Part shown: in pieces, positions 1-11,141 of the stretch
How positions within the stretch are numbered: the stretch's first letter is position 1
Layout of the letters: each line of letters opens with the position of its first letter
NCBI GenBank assembly: GCA_963746925.1
Contig: CAVVDK010000001.1
Location: 39,062 to 103,061, forward strand
Direction of reading: 5' to 3'
Length of the DNA stretch: 64,000 nt
DNA from: an uncultured Bacteroidota bacterium
GTDB lineage: Bacteria > Bacteroidota > Bacteroidia > Chitinophagales > Saprospiraceae
The notes under the pieces: generated by a model
Seen by the model: the letters and a program-made list of their open reading frames with translations, nothing else
Databases searched by the model: none
What the model was told of the DNA's origin: nothing
Program-made: the position numbers and the translations under genes

Positions 1-1394
1 TTTCCGGTGACCTCAAACAACGTGACCTTGGCATTTTTCACGGGTTGCTTGTCTTTGTCGTACACATACGTCGCGAGGTCCATGACGATTTCGCGGATCT
101 CGAAAGTAAAGATGTCATCACAGCAGGTTTTGCTCATCACGGAGCGTGTCTCATCGGAAGGCCTGTTTGAGACGATAAAACCGCGGGTACCTTCTTTATT
201 TGCGGAGAAATAGAGGTCATCATATCCCGAGTTATATCCCAGGCCGAGGTTTTTTACATCTAACCACTTGGTGCCATCCCATTCACTGGAGAAAATGTCA
301 AATCCTCCAAATCCAGGATGTCCCGTAGAGCTGAAGTACAGGATATTGTCCCGGAAGTATGGTGTCATTTCATCACCGGGTGTATTGATGGTCGGGCCGA
401 GATTTACGGGAAGACTGTAATCGCCATCTCCGCGACGGATGCAATAATAGAGATCGTATCCTCCTTCTCCTCCATCCATATTGGACGAAAAGAAGAGTAC
501 TTCATTTCCCAGTAAGGCTCCCACTGTAGGATGCGTCGCGATGTAGTCGCCGTTGACATTTTTCAGCTCATTGGGCGCGCCCCATTTCCCGTCATCACCT
601 TTGGACTCATAGATTTTGCTTTCCGAAAGGTCATCGCCATCTGTCAGTGCCCGCGTGAAGTACATGCGCGTTCCGTCCGGAGAGAACCGCACGTTCCCTG
701 TGTGATATCCTTCGCGGTTGATGAGATTCGGGAGAGGTTTGGGGGAGTCCCAATTCCCGTCTTTGTCCTGCTTCGTCGTATAGATCTGCGCAAAGTAGTC
801 GTCTGTCTTGCCGTCGAGCACGACGAGGTCTTTTTTGTCGATCGCCGCAAAATAGAGCGTCCCTGCCGGGTGCATCGCAGGCCCGAATTCGGTATAGGAA
901 GAGTTGATCTTTCTTCCCATGTTTGAGATCACCAGCTCGATCGGCGCCTCTGCTTTCGCCGCAGCTTGTATTCCCGCCACTTCATTATCCGCTTCCCAGA
1001 GCAGGGAGTCCGACTGCACCATATTCGCATAGACATTAAATGCCGTCATGGATTCGTCGTATTTGCCGATGGCCTTCAATGTCTTTGCGTACGCCAGCAC
1101 CGCGTCGGGGTGCAGACCCTGCTTGTCACTTTCCACGACCCGCGAGAGCCATCGTTCAGCACGGGCATAGTCGCGCAACTTGTAATGCAGCATCGCAATT
1201 TTATACGCGAGGTCGTCGGTGCGCTCCTGTTTGTAGGCGATCTCGTAATACTGCAGCGCCACGTAATAATCCTTGATTGCGAGATGTTCATCAGCCACCT
1301 CGATATTCATATAGGGAGGCACCTCCTTCACCGGCTGCGCCAATACGCTCCATGCAGCCCAACAAGCCAGTGCGGTGACAAAAATCCTTTTCAT
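1..1394 (-). CDS. OmpA-family outer-membrane protein with N-terminal TPR repeats and TolB-like (PD40) beta-propeller repeats; C-terminus runs off the window edge (partial).
   Basis: Minus-strand reading frame starts at ATG ~1394 with a signal-like N-terminus (MKRIFVTALACWAAWSVLAQ). TPR-like Y/A-rich repeats follow, then repeated 'FSPDG..MYF' / 'FFSSN..GG.GG.DLYY' PD40-type motifs. No stop codon before position 1. It lies immediately downstream of a PorP/SprF gene, as is typical in Bacteroidota. Confidence 0.6.
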   Translation of the reverse strand, partial: MKRIFVTALACWAAWSVLAQPVKEVPPYMNIEVADEHLAIKDYYVALQYYEIAYKQERTDDLAYKIAMLHYKLRDYARAERWLSRVVESDKQGLHPDAVLAYAKTLKAIGKYDESMTAFNVYANMVQSDSLLWEADNEVAGIQAAAKAEAPIELVISNMGRKINSSYTEFGPAMHPAGTLYFAAIDKKDLVVLDGKTDDYFAQIYTTKQDKDGNWDSPKPLPNLINREGYHTGNVRFSPDGTRMYFTRALTDGDDLSESKIYESKGDDGKWGAPNELKNVNGDYIATHPTVGALLGNEVLFFSSNMDGGEGGYDLYYCIRRGDGDYSLPVNLGPTINTPGDEMTPYFRDNILYFSSTGHPGFGGFDIFSSEWDGTKWLDVKNLGLGYNSGYDDLYFSANKEGTRGFIVSNRPSDETRSVMSKTCCDDIFTFEIREIVMDLATYVYDKDKQPVKNAKVTLFEVTG

Positions 1395-1413
1395 GCAGAA
1401 CTCCTCTTGATAA

Positions 1414-2442
1414 TTAAAACCGGGGACAAAACAACACCGGGTCAGGATTGGGTTTCTTATAGATAATGCCAATGACTGTTGCCGACAGTTCGAATCCCCC
1501 GAAGGCATTGCTCGCGGGGGAAAGCTCAGACACATTGATGTCGTAAGACGCCATGACCGAGAGCTCCCGGATCCGCGTACCCAACATCACCTGCAAGGCA
1601 TCGCCCACACGATATCCCAAACCACCTTTTAGGACAATGTCCTTCTCGGCATTGAACAAATACTCGGCAATCGCCTGACCCATAATCTCCTGGTTTTTCC
1701 CCAGTACCTGTATAAACGCTCCGGGGACGATGGCTATTCTGTCATTGATGACTGCGCGATAACTGCCCTGACCTGTAAACCACTTGGGCACATAGTACGC
1801 ACTCCCCCCGTTGGAGCCTCCAGTAGTATCCGGTTTGCTCAGACTAATATCCCCCTTCTTCAGGTGGCCGATAGCCGCGCCGAGATTGAGTTCATCTCCA
1901 CTACTCATTTTGGTCCTGAAATGCAGCCCTACCACATGATCCGTGTAGTTGCTTTTGATATCACCCTGGGCTATTAAATTGGGATCGTCGTCAATCAAAT
2001 CCACTTTTTGCAGATCCTTGATCCTTCTCTGGATACTCCCTGTCTGGTACCCCAATGAAATGATGGAGTTTCCTTTTTTATCCAGGGCAAAGTGGTATGC
2101 CCCGCTCAGCTTGAAGGCAGTCTGTTGCAGATTTAGCGACCCCGACTTATCGCTATACAACAGAACCCCAATACCAACCCAGTCATTGTCGCGAAATCCC
2201 TTGACGACAGGCACATCGAGAGACAGAGAAGGGGTCTTGTATTCATGCGGCACGCCGGTCACCGACAGCCATTGGTCGCGATAGATCCCCGAAAGCCTGT
2301 ACGTACCCATAAATCCTCCTGACTCCGCCGGATTGAACACCAACGGCATCATATTGTAGAGGGTAAAATGAATATCTTGAGCACTTGTGGCAGTGATGAT
2401 CGTGCTGAGGAATGCGATGGAAAGGGTAAGATTTCTGATCAT
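1414..2442 (-). CDS. Type IX secretion system membrane protein PorP/SprF family.
   Basis: 342-aa ORF with a signal peptide and the beta-barrel-like composition and length typical of PorP/SprF. The downstream OmpA-family gene is the usual partner. Confidence 0.65.
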   Translation of the reverse strand: MIRNLTLSIAFLSTIITATSAQDIHFTLYNMMPLVFNPAESGGFMGTYRLSGIYRDQWLSVTGVPHEYKTPSLSLDVPVVKGFRDNDWVGIGVLLYSDKSGSLNLQQTAFKLSGAYHFALDKKGNSIISLGYQTGSIQRRIKDLQKVDLIDDDPNLIAQGDIKSNYTDHVVGLHFRTKMSSGDELNLGAAIGHLKKGDISLSKPDTTGGSNGGSAYYVPKWFTGQGSYRAVINDRIAIVPGAFIQVLGKNQEIMGQAIAEYLFNAEKDIVLKGGLGYRVGDALQVMLGTRIRELSVMASYDINVSELSPASNAFGGFELSATVIGIIYKKPNPDPVLFCPRF

Positions 2443-2532
2443 AGGTACTTCACAAAGCGACTAAATCCATACGGGCAAGATGCTAATTTCCCGGTAAATA
2501 AACCCCGAATGTAGAAGATTCAGTATAAACGC

Positions 2533-3525
2533 ATGGGCCAAAGATGCGGGTTGGTAGCGATTTGTCTTCTGGCATGCCATATTGCCCGGGGACAGACCGT
2601 CCCTGTTCCGGCGCTGCTGAGTTTTGCCCCTTCTGACAGTTTCAATCGCACGCGGTTTTGGGTTGCTACAGGAGTGACTTCCGCCCTGTATACCGGGACG
2701 ACGGTCGCATTGAGCGCAGCATGGTATAAACAGTATCCGCACGCTCCATTCCATTTCTTCGATGACAGCAAAGAATGGCGCGGTATGGACAAAACAGGAC
2801 ATCTGTACACGTCGTACTTCGAAAGCCAATGGGCATATCATATCGCCAAATGGACCGGTACGCGGGAAACATCCTCTGTCTGGATCGGCGCTGCACTTGG
2901 ACTTGTCTTTCAAAGTACGGTAGAAGTGCTTGACGGCTTTTCCGCGGAATGGGGATTCTCATGGTCTGACATGGGCTCGAACGTTCTTGGTGCCGGGATC
3001 TTTGTGACACAACAACAGCTCTGGGGAGAACAGCGGATACGTTTCAAAGTAAGCAGTACACCCAGGAGATATTCCTCCACACCCATTTTGGCAGAAGATG
3101 GACTTTCCAAAAGCTCATTGAAAAAGCGCACTGATGATCTCTTTGGACAGGGGTATGCAGAACGTTTTTTGAAAGACTACAATGCGCAAACCGCGTGGCT
3201 TTCCGTGAATATCTCTGCGTTTCTCAGGAATCCCGAAAGCCGTTTCCCAAAGTGGCTGAATGCCGCAGTGGGCTATGGTGCGGACAATATGTTTGGCGGT
3301 TTTGCAAATCGATGGGATGAAAACGGAGTTGCGTACAGCGTGCCTGCATCGACATATCCACGATACAGCCAGTTTTATCTGGCACCGGACGTTGACTTTT
3401 CACGCATTCCCTGTCACAGTCCGTTCCTGCGGACACTTCTCGGTATGCTGAATATCTTCAAAATGCCTGGGCCGGTCCTGGAAATGAGCAGGGAAAAAGG
3501 GGTAAGGGTAAAAGTGATGTGGTGA
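2533..3525 (+). CDS. DUF2279-like lipoprotein/secreted protein, Bacteroidota hypothetical.
   Basis: 330-aa ORF with a signal peptide and Trp/Tyr/Gly-rich composition that I recognise as DUF2279-like, not confirmed by search. Confidence 0.45.
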   Translation: MGQRCGLVAICLLACHIARGQTVPVPALLSFAPSDSFNRTRFWVATGVTSALYTGTTVALSAAWYKQYPHAPFHFFDDSKEWRGMDKTGHLYTSYFESQWAYHIAKWTGTRETSSVWIGAALGLVFQSTVEVLDGFSAEWGFSWSDMGSNVLGAGIFVTQQQLWGEQRIRFKVSSTPRRYSSTPILAEDGLSKSSLKKRTDDLFGQGYAERFLKDYNAQTAWLSVNISAFLRNPESRFPKWLNAAVGYGADNMFGGFANRWDENGVAYSVPASTYPRYSQFYLAPDVDFSRIPCHSPFLRTLLGMLNIFKMPGPVLEMSREKGVRVKVMW

Positions 3526-3582
3526 GGGGTGAGAATGTGAGAGGGGGCGCCTATCTTCAAAACGCAACAATGGGTAGATGAT

Positions 3583-4056
3583 ATGAAAAAATATGTCAGT
3601 GCGATTTTGATGGTGGCATTTGCCATGACTGCGATGACGGGTCAGACGACGGCTGATGGAAGTCAGCCCGCGGCATACGACTCCGTGCTTGCAACACAAC
3701 TCGGTGCAGACTCACTCGGCATGAAACACTATGTGATTGCATTCCTGAAGAGCGGCCCAAACCGCGATCAGGATCCTGAGGCAGCGGCTGCATTGCAGCG
3801 TGCCCACCTCAACAATATTCATCGACTTGCGGAGTCTGGGAAGCTCATCCTTGCCGGACCGTTTCTCGACGAGGGGGACATCCGGGGTATCTTTGTATTT
3901 GACGTGAGCTCACTGGACGAGGCCGCCGCACTTACCGCAACGGATCCCGCAGTTCAGGCAGGAAGGCTTGTGATGGAACTGCATCCCTGGTATGGATCTG
4001 CGGCTGTGATGATGGTACCGGGAGTGCACGAGAAGATCGCGAAAGTCAGATTTTAA
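3583..4056 (+). CDS. Secreted YciI-like (Dabb-fold) family protein.
   Basis: 157 aa. Signal peptide MKKYVSAILMVAFAMTAMTG; 'LAGPFLDEGDIRGIFVF...DPAVQAGRL' resembles YciI-like proteins. Confidence 0.4.
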   Translation: MKKYVSAILMVAFAMTAMTGQTTADGSQPAAYDSVLATQLGADSLGMKHYVIAFLKSGPNRDQDPEAAAALQRAHLNNIHRLAESGKLILAGPFLDEGDIRGIFVFDVSSLDEAAALTATDPAVQAGRLVMELHPWYGSAAVMMVPGVHEKIAKVRF

Positions 4057-4084
4057 AGTGGTTGACATTACCGTATCGTCCGGC

Positions 4085-5353
4085 CTATTTGATTTTACCG
4101 GAGGCATCACCAAACCCCACGCGGACACCTGCTTTTTCCGCATACCCATGTAGCGTTACGGTGTCACCATCTTCAATAAACTTGCGTTGCGTACCATCCG
4201 GCATTGCGATTGGCTTTGTCCCTCGCCATGTCAGTTCAAGCATAGATCCATAGGATGACGGCTCCGGTCCGCTGATCGTGCCGGAAGCATAGATATCGCC
4301 CTCTTGTATGTTGCAGCCATTCACGGTATGGTGTGCCAACTGCTGGCACATATTCCAATACATGTACTTAAAGTTTGAAGTACACACAGTTTTTGAGTCT
4401 CCCCTGTCTGTCGTGATATCGACGGTGAGATGGATGTCGTAGTTTTTCGCCCCTTCATATTGGAGGTACGGCAATACTGCAGGAGTTTGAGCAGGGCCGT
4501 TGACGCGGAACGGTTCCAATGCTTCGAGCGTCACGATCCAGGGAGAGACAGTTGAAGCAAAGTTTTTTGCGAGGAATGGGCCGAGAGGGACATATTCCCA
4601 TTTTTGGATGTCCCGTGCCGACCAGTCGTTCAACAGGAGCAATCCGAAGATATGCGCTTCGGCATTCGCCACAGTGACCTGCGTGCCCAGTTGCGTGCTC
4701 TTGCCAACGACAAATCCCATCTCCAGTTCGAAGTCCAGCGCTTTCGTCGGACCAAAGCCAGGCACGCCATCAGGTCCGGGTTCGGTTTGTCCACATGGTC
4801 TTCGGATGGAAGTTCCCGAAACTACAATAGAAGATGCACGGCCATGATATGCGACCGGGAGATGTACCCAGTTTGGCAGCAACGCATTCTGAGGATCGCG
4901 AAACATGGATCCGACGTTTGTTGCATGTTCTTTACTTGAATAAAAATCCGTGTAGTTTCCGATGCGGAGTGGCAACAACATCTGTACATCACGGGAAGGC
5001 AGAAGACATGGAGTTGCTTTTTCCCGCACCACCGTTCCTGCTTCTTCCCGGAAGGTATCGACGAGTGCGTTCCTGACCTGGTTCGTTACACTCTTGCCGA
5101 GTGCAATAAAATCATTCAACGCCGGCTTTGACAGCACCTCGGGAGGTAGTCCTGGTATCGGCAACAATCCCTTCGCGTGCAGCGCGGCCAGATCGATCAC
5201 CCGGTCTCCGATAATGGATCCCACCCGCGGGCGACCTCCGTTTGTATTGAAAATCCCAAAGGGCAGGTTCTGGATCGGAAAATCTGAATCAGATGAAACA
5301 GGTATCCAGGATGTTATTGAAAAATCAGTCATGGTGTAGAATACAAATTTCAT
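4085..5353 (-). CDS. fahA: Fumarylacetoacetase (fumarylacetoacetate hydrolase).
   Basis: 422 aa. N-terminal 'FPIQNLPFGIF' and overall FAH architecture and length. Confidence 0.8.
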   Translation of the reverse strand: MKFVFYTMTDFSITSWIPVSSDSDFPIQNLPFGIFNTNGGRPRVGSIIGDRVIDLAALHAKGLLPIPGLPPEVLSKPALNDFIALGKSVTNQVRNALVDTFREEAGTVVREKATPCLLPSRDVQMLLPLRIGNYTDFYSSKEHATNVGSMFRDPQNALLPNWVHLPVAYHGRASSIVVSGTSIRRPCGQTEPGPDGVPGFGPTKALDFELEMGFVVGKSTQLGTQVTVANAEAHIFGLLLLNDWSARDIQKWEYVPLGPFLAKNFASTVSPWIVTLEALEPFRVNGPAQTPAVLPYLQYEGAKNYDIHLTVDITTDRGDSKTVCTSNFKYMYWNMCQQLAHHTVNGCNIQEGDIYASGTISGPEPSSYGSMLELTWRGTKPIAMPDGTQRKFIEDGDTVTLHGYAEKAGVRVGFGDASGKIK

Positions 5354-5393
5354 GAAGCATAGCAGCGGAAATACAGATCATCGGGATGGGCCA

Positions 5394-7898
5394 TCATTCG
5401 CCTGAAAAGAACAACGCATTACAAAATGCAAACTTACCGTTCTCCCAGAATGCCCTGAAGAGCGGATTGTCCACCATATAGATCAACGTGCCGGCGCCGT
5501 GATGTTCCACGGCAAAGATCACCGTGTTCTTTTGCGACTCCAATGCCTGATATCCGGCAAAGCCATAGTGTACAGGATCGTCCCCCAGGAACACCGCATT
5601 GTCTGCTCCGACCAGGAGTTCATAGCGCGCGGCACTGGTCTTTAATGAAGAATAGGTATCCCCCAGGCCGAAGCATAAGGGATTTGTGGTATCCACCCGT
5701 GCTCTGAAGACTGCGCCTCCGATCTCCGTGCTGAGTTCACGGCGCTCTGCACTGGCATAGGATTCCAGACGCGTCTGCAGACGGTCTCTTTCTTCTGCTT
5801 TTTTCACTTCCTCTGATTCTGAAGGCTCGGCATAGTGTTTCAGGGCGAATCCTTCCTGATCACTGAATTGCGACAGTGCTGATCCGATTGCAATGAGTTT
5901 GCCGCCGCCTTCCACCCAGTCCCCTATTTGTTGCATTGTCCTCTCCGGGATCTTGTAATATCCCTCCGGCATGATCAGAATGTCGAAGTCATTCCAATCG
6001 AGCGCACCCAATTCTTCAATGTCGGCAATCGTGACAGGATATTGCAGCTCTTGTTCGAAAAAATACCAGACCTGGCCTACGCCATTTGCAGAGACGCCAT
6101 CACCCGCCAACGTCAGGACATGTGGAGCCTCGATCAGCCTGTACGCAGACGAACCGAGATCCCTCCCGCTATCGACAAAACCTGTCAAGACCGGATGCAG
6201 GAGAATGTTCATTTGGGCAGCGAGCGATATCAGGCGCCCGGGATATCCAGATGTATTTTGGTTGTCCCGCCTCATAAATACTATGGTACCTGCACCGAAG
6301 TGCTCACCACGGACAGTAAACGCTTCCGTAGCAACACGGGGATGCATTCCTCCCTTTAGTGCACCGGCCAGGAATTTCCCTTCCTGCAACGATTCCCACC
6401 GGACGACATACGCATAAGCATCAGTGCGCACATTCTGCTGCGGAATCATGAATGCATATCCGGGTGTGACGGCAATCTGATCTTTCAGTGCATAGGCCTG
6501 TACGCCGTACGCAAACGGCAGGGACCAGCAGGAGATATCATAGGTGAGCGAATCAACAAGCTTGCTTTCAGGATCGAATAAAATTTGGGTGAGTATTGCC
6601 CTGGGCTGATATGCACTCACGACAAGGTCTCCCGGATCAACGGTCATCGAATGTTCCTGACCCGACTGATAATCAAACGCCGCCTTGATCTGGGCAGACT
6701 TTCCAGCCTTGCCATATGCAATGCCATTCAAATCTAACAGGTGACAGAGGTCCCGCAGCTTTCCGGTGCTGTTGCTCCCTTTGATGACGTATGCCTTGTA
6801 CTGCCCCGGCGGATGATTGCGGGATTGCTCAAAGTACTTTTGGAATTCAGACACCAGCGCGCCGGCATTCTGAGATACGACTTCAATGGTAGAGAGCGAA
6901 GCGGCGGTATGGTGGTCAATGCGATCTGCGAGTGAAAGGGTATCGCCATTGGGCAATGTGATGGCCCGTCCCGCATAACTGTGACCACCCTGCTCATACG
7001 TCATACCCACCGCCCCATTGTAAAGGGGATAGGTGTCTCCGTATGAAGGATAGAAAATGTCAAAATCCTCTTTGGTATAATATCCCCATCCCTCTTTGTC
7101 AAAATATGTTGCGTTGTTTTCTGCGACAGTCTTTTGGAATGCACGTTGCCACTCCGTAATATATGCATGGTACGGTTGTGCCGCGGGAGCGAAAAAATAT
7201 GTGCTTGTATATTCCATTTCATGGAGGTCTACAGTGACCTGCGGCATCCACTCATGGTATGCCCGAACGCGATTGCGTGACTCGAGCTGTGTCTGCCACG
7301 CCCAGTCGCGGTTGAGATCAAAGAGGTAGTGATTGGTCCTTCCACCCGGCCATGGTTCATGATGTTCCCGTGCTGCTGTGGAAATGTCAAACGGTGTCGA
7401 ACTGACCTGGTTGTTCCAGTTTGTATACCTGTTGTATCCGTCAGGATTCTGCGATGGCTCGAGGATGACAATGGTATTCCCGAGCCAGTCATGAGCGTCG
7501 CGGACATTTGTCACAAGGTCATAGACGACCTGCATGGACGCCTCAGATCCGGCCGCTTCATTGCCATGGACGCTATATCCCAGCCAGACAATCGCCTTGG
7601 CATGATCCACATCGGGGATCCCTGCTTCAAGTCCTGCCAGCCGGAGGTTGTTCAGGCGGATTGCTTCGAGGTGTGCAAGATTCTCAGGCGTCGATATCAC
7701 AGCGAGGAACATCGGTCGATGCTCATTGGTTTCGCCAATTTCTTTTAGGACGACGTAATCCGAATGATCGGCCACATATCTAAAATATTCTGCCAATGCA
7801 TAATGCGGGGTAAACTGCTTTGAATAGGTTGTCGGTAGAAATTCTGCCGGTGATTTGATCTGCCCGCCGCTGCAGCGCTAAGCCAGATGCAAAGCATC
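5394..7898 (-). CDS. M14-family zinc carboxypeptidase (~830 aa).
   Basis: Motifs 'HGNEAAG..' and 'NPDGY'. The ORF track starts at a TTG (7796); the frame stays open upstream to ATG 7896-7898, giving a signal-like 'MLCIWLSAAAAG'. Exact start is uncertain. Confidence 0.7.
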
Positions 7899-8146
7899 GG
7901 CAACAAAAGTCTGGGAAATGACATTGGTAATTAATTTCAAAAAAGCAAGGGTGGCCAATGTACAAAGGAACAGCCGACTTGCGTGGCAGAATATCGAATA
8001 CTGCTGATGCTGCCGGATTTTCCGAAGTACATCTTCGCTCTGTCTTGTATCAAAAAAAACTTATCTTTCGATCGTCCGTCAGCCCATAGAACATATCATT
8101 TGAGGCACTTTCCAGGTGTGATTATTTCATTATTAAATCTTGTACT

Positions 8147-8554
8147 ATGGGAAAAAGAATCGGTCTGGCTACCATCGTGGGATTTGTCGTCCTGATGATC
8201 CTGGGATTTCTGATTTACGGTCTTTTGTTCAAAGATCTCATGAATACGATGTACGCCACAGCGGGAGACTGTATGAATTTGAAACCAGGTTTCATCTACA
8301 TCGCATTCGCGACACTGGTTCAGGCGTTGTTCCTGGCCTATATTCTGGCAGGGTTTAATACCACCTCCTTCAGGACAGGCCTGATGACCGGCGGGTGGAC
8401 CTTCTTACTACTCAGCCTGATGATGGGTATATGGATGATGGCATCTTTCTCATTCTATACGGCAAAGAGCATGCTCTATGATGTCATTTTCAATGTCTTT
8501 CAGGCAGGTATCGCCGGCGGAGTGATGGGATATGTTCTCGGAAGGATGAAATAA
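8147..8554 (+). CDS. Small integral membrane protein (4 predicted transmembrane helices), unknown function.
   Basis: 135-aa hydrophobic ORF with good coding appearance in an otherwise empty gap. Confidence 0.4.
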   Translation: MGKRIGLATIVGFVVLMILGFLIYGLLFKDLMNTMYATAGDCMNLKPGFIYIAFATLVQALFLAYILAGFNTTSFRTGLMTGGWTFLLLSLMMGIWMMASFSFYTAKSMLYDVIFNVFQAGIAGGVMGYVLGRMK

Positions 8555-8571
8555 CAAATACCTGTCCATAC

Positions 8572-9531
8572 TTAGTCGACGGCACTGGCGATCCGTCTGA
8601 CCGTCTCAGCATCTCCCATGGTATAATAGTGCAGGCAAGGCACCCCGGCAGCTTTGAGTTCGCGGGACTGCTGGATACACCACTCGATGCCCACTTCGAG
8701 AACGGCTTTGTCGTCAGAGGCTTTTTCGACCTCCTTTACGAGGGCATCCGGCATGTCGACATAGAATTTCCGCGGGATGGATTTGAGTTGGTATTTCTTT
8801 GTCAGGGGTTTGAGGCCCGGGACAATGGGGACGTCTATCCCTTCAGCTTTACAGAGAGCCGAATATTCAAAAAATTTCTTGTTGTCAAAAAACATCTGTG
8901 TGACGATATATGCGGCACCGGATTTAATTTTTGCTTTGGTGTACAGTAAATCGCTTGCAATGTTTGGCGCCTCAAAATGTTTCTCTGGGTATCCTGCCAC
9001 ACCGATACAAAAATCCGTGCGCGAGCCATTTTCAATATTCGTATCGAGGTATAAACCTTTGTTCATATTGGCCACCTGGACCACCAGGTCCAACGCGTAC
9101 CTGTGACCCCCGCCGGTAGGTGTAAACCTGTCCTCGAACTGCATGGCGTCGCCACGGATCACCAGCACATTATTGACATTGAGAAAATTGAGGTCTATCA
9201 ATGCGTTCTCCGTGTCTTCACGCGTAAAACCTCCACAGATCAGATGTGGTACCGCATCAATACCATAGTGGTGCATGATCGCTGCGCAAATACCGACCGT
9301 CCCCGGACGTTTCCGGATAGAGGACTTCTCATAGTATCCGTCGTCTTTGCGCTGGTAAATATATTCCTCGCGATGATAGGTGACATCAATGAATGGCGGT
9401 TTGAACTCCATCAACGGATCCAATAGCTTGAAGATGTCCTGGACACTCCCTCCTTTCAGCGGTGGCAGGATCTCAAAAGAGATCAATGTCTTCCCCGCGG
9501 CTTGCTGGAAATACTCGGTCACTTTCATCAA
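8572..9531 (-). CDS. metF: 5,10-methylenetetrahydrofolate reductase.
   Basis: 319 aa with MetF-like architecture and conserved blocks ('ISFEILPP', 'VTYHREE', 'HLICGG'). Confidence 0.85.
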   Translation of the reverse strand: MMKVTEYFQQAAGKTLISFEILPPLKGGSVQDIFKLLDPLMEFKPPFIDVTYHREEYIYQRKDDGYYEKSSIRKRPGTVGICAAIMHHYGIDAVPHLICGGFTREDTENALIDLNFLNVNNVLVIRGDAMQFEDRFTPTGGGHRYALDLVVQVANMNKGLYLDTNIENGSRTDFCIGVAGYPEKHFEAPNIASDLLYTKAKIKSGAAYIVTQMFFDNKKFFEYSALCKAEGIDVPIVPGLKPLTKKYQLKSIPRKFYVDMPDALVKEVEKASDDKAVLEVGIEWCIQQSRELKAAGVPCLHYYTMGDAETVRRIASAVD

Positions 9532-9626
9532 GGGGCAAAGCTATTAAAAGACGCTGATCGCAGTTGGCTCAGGGTATTTCCAAACCGTATTTGAAACAAC
9601 CAGCCAACAGCTCATAATCAAACGCA

Positions 9627-10286
9627 CTATTCATCCTTCTTGCGCTTGAAGTCGCCACGCTTCAGGGCATCAATAAATTGCTTCCACGCGAAGGCATTGA
9701 GGATCTGTATAGGTCGTATCTGACCGGCGTAGTAATAAGACTCTGCTTGTTGTCTCAAATAGAAGTCTACATTTTCATCGCCGTCACTCGGCAGATATGC
9801 CATGAGTTGTGCAAGCGCCCTGGCAGAGAGGTTTTCTTCGGCGCGATCTTCGAGCTGATTGCTGACATCCATTGCCAGAAACTCCAGCTTGAAATGTTCC
9901 CGGCTTGGCCATGGATAGATATACGTTTCGGGAAGCAGGATCGTATCGCGCGTCATGATTTGGAACATTGAATACCTGTCCGTAGAGAGTGTATCAGGGA
10001 TGACATACGTGACATCTTTATACCCGACGGATGAGAACACCACTGCCTCTCCTTTTCTGCCGACCAGAGAGAAGAACCCGTCGGAACCTGTAAATGTGCC
10101 GTGACGCGTTGCACGGACGTATACATTTACGTATGGCAGGGGTTCGAGGACGCCATGTTCGTCAGTCAATACGATGCCCGAGAACTGTACGACCGCACTG
10201 TCTGGATTTTGCGCCAATGTTTTTGTGGAAATTCCCAACAACAGCAATAGCGAAAACAGGAAAGTAATGGCATTTTTAATGTGCAT
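9627..10286 (-). CDS. Carboxypeptidase-regulatory-like (CarbopepD_reg) domain protein, secreted.
   Basis: Signal peptide MHIKNAITFLFSLLLLLGIS, then 'FSGIVLTDE...VNVYV..T..GT.TD.DG.F' typical of the carboxypeptidase regulatory domain. The start is set at the second Met. Confidence 0.5.
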   Translation of the reverse strand: MHIKNAITFLFSLLLLLGISTKTLAQNPDSAVVQFSGIVLTDEHGVLEPLPYVNVYVRATRHGTFTGSDGFFSLVGRKGEAVVFSSVGYKDVTYVIPDTLSTDRYSMFQIMTRDTILLPETYIYPWPSREHFKLEFLAMDVSNQLEDRAEENLSARALAQLMAYLPSDGDENVDFYLRQQAESYYYAGQIRPIQILNAFAWKQFIDALKRGDFKRKKDE

Positions 10287-10425
10287 AGGGCAGCTAAAAT
10301 ACACTATTCAATCGGGGTAAAAACGTGCCATGCCCCAGGTTCTCTGTGCCATTTGTTCCTTTAACATTCTTTTAACGGACAAACGAAAATTCCACGTGCA
10401 GATTGGGCTTTGAGCCACCTTGTTC

Positions 10426-10989
10426 CTACCAGTTCGATTGAAACATCTGTACCGATATCGCCAGCAGCAGGATCCCGAAAATCTTGCGCAGTGTCGTTTT
10501 CACAGGCAGCGGCATCCGCCTCTCTATCCAGCCAATAGACCGGAGTGCAATGAAAATCAATGTGAGATTGATCAGGATTGCCATGATAATGTCAGGCAGC
10601 GAGTAGTTGGCACGCAATGAGATGATGGTCGTCAATGTGCCTGCCCCTGCGAGGATGGGAAAGGCGACCGGTACTATCGATCCCGTTGCGCCCTGGTCGT
10701 CAAAGTCGCGAAAGAAGCGGATCCCGAGAATCATCTCCAGGCCGATGAAAAAGATGATCAACGACCCGGCGAGGGCAAAGGAGCTCACTTTGAGTCCGAA
10801 CAGCCCGAGGATTGCCGTCCCAAAAAACAGAAATGCCACCATCAATACTCCTGCTGCCACGGTGGAAGTGACAGCGTGGATCTGCACGCCTTTGTGCTTC
10901 ATATCCAGAAGTACCGGTAGTGAACCGATGATGTCGATCACCGAAAACAGGATCAATGATGCCGTCAATATTGCGCCTCCACTGAACAT
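10426..10989 (-). CDS. MarC family (UPF0056) integral membrane protein.
   Basis: Hydrophobic ~190-aa protein with MarC-like topology and motifs. Start chosen at MFSGGAIL. Confidence 0.6.
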   Translation of the reverse strand: MFSGGAILTASLILFSVIDIIGSLPVLLDMKHKGVQIHAVTSTVAAGVLMVAFLFFGTAILGLFGLKVSSFALAGSLIIFFIGLEMILGIRFFRDFDDQGATGSIVPVAFPILAGAGTLTTIISLRANYSLPDIIMAILINLTLIFIALRSIGWIERRMPLPVKTTLRKIFGILLLAISVQMFQSNW

Positions 10990-11141
10990 AAGAATTACCT
11001 CCTTTGATTCAGCTAAAATACGCATAATGACAGCGATTAGTTTACTATTAGGTCATTATTTTATGAATACTTTACAATAGATATTATTTTGACATAATTT
11101 TGAATATTTTTGTACCAGTTTGCCAATTCAATCTGATCTAA

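Noticed and set aside
531-1466. Plus-strand ORFs of 131 and 166 aa
   Set aside because: Antisense to the partial OmpA/TPR/PD40 gene, whose minus-strand frame is continuous and motif-rich.
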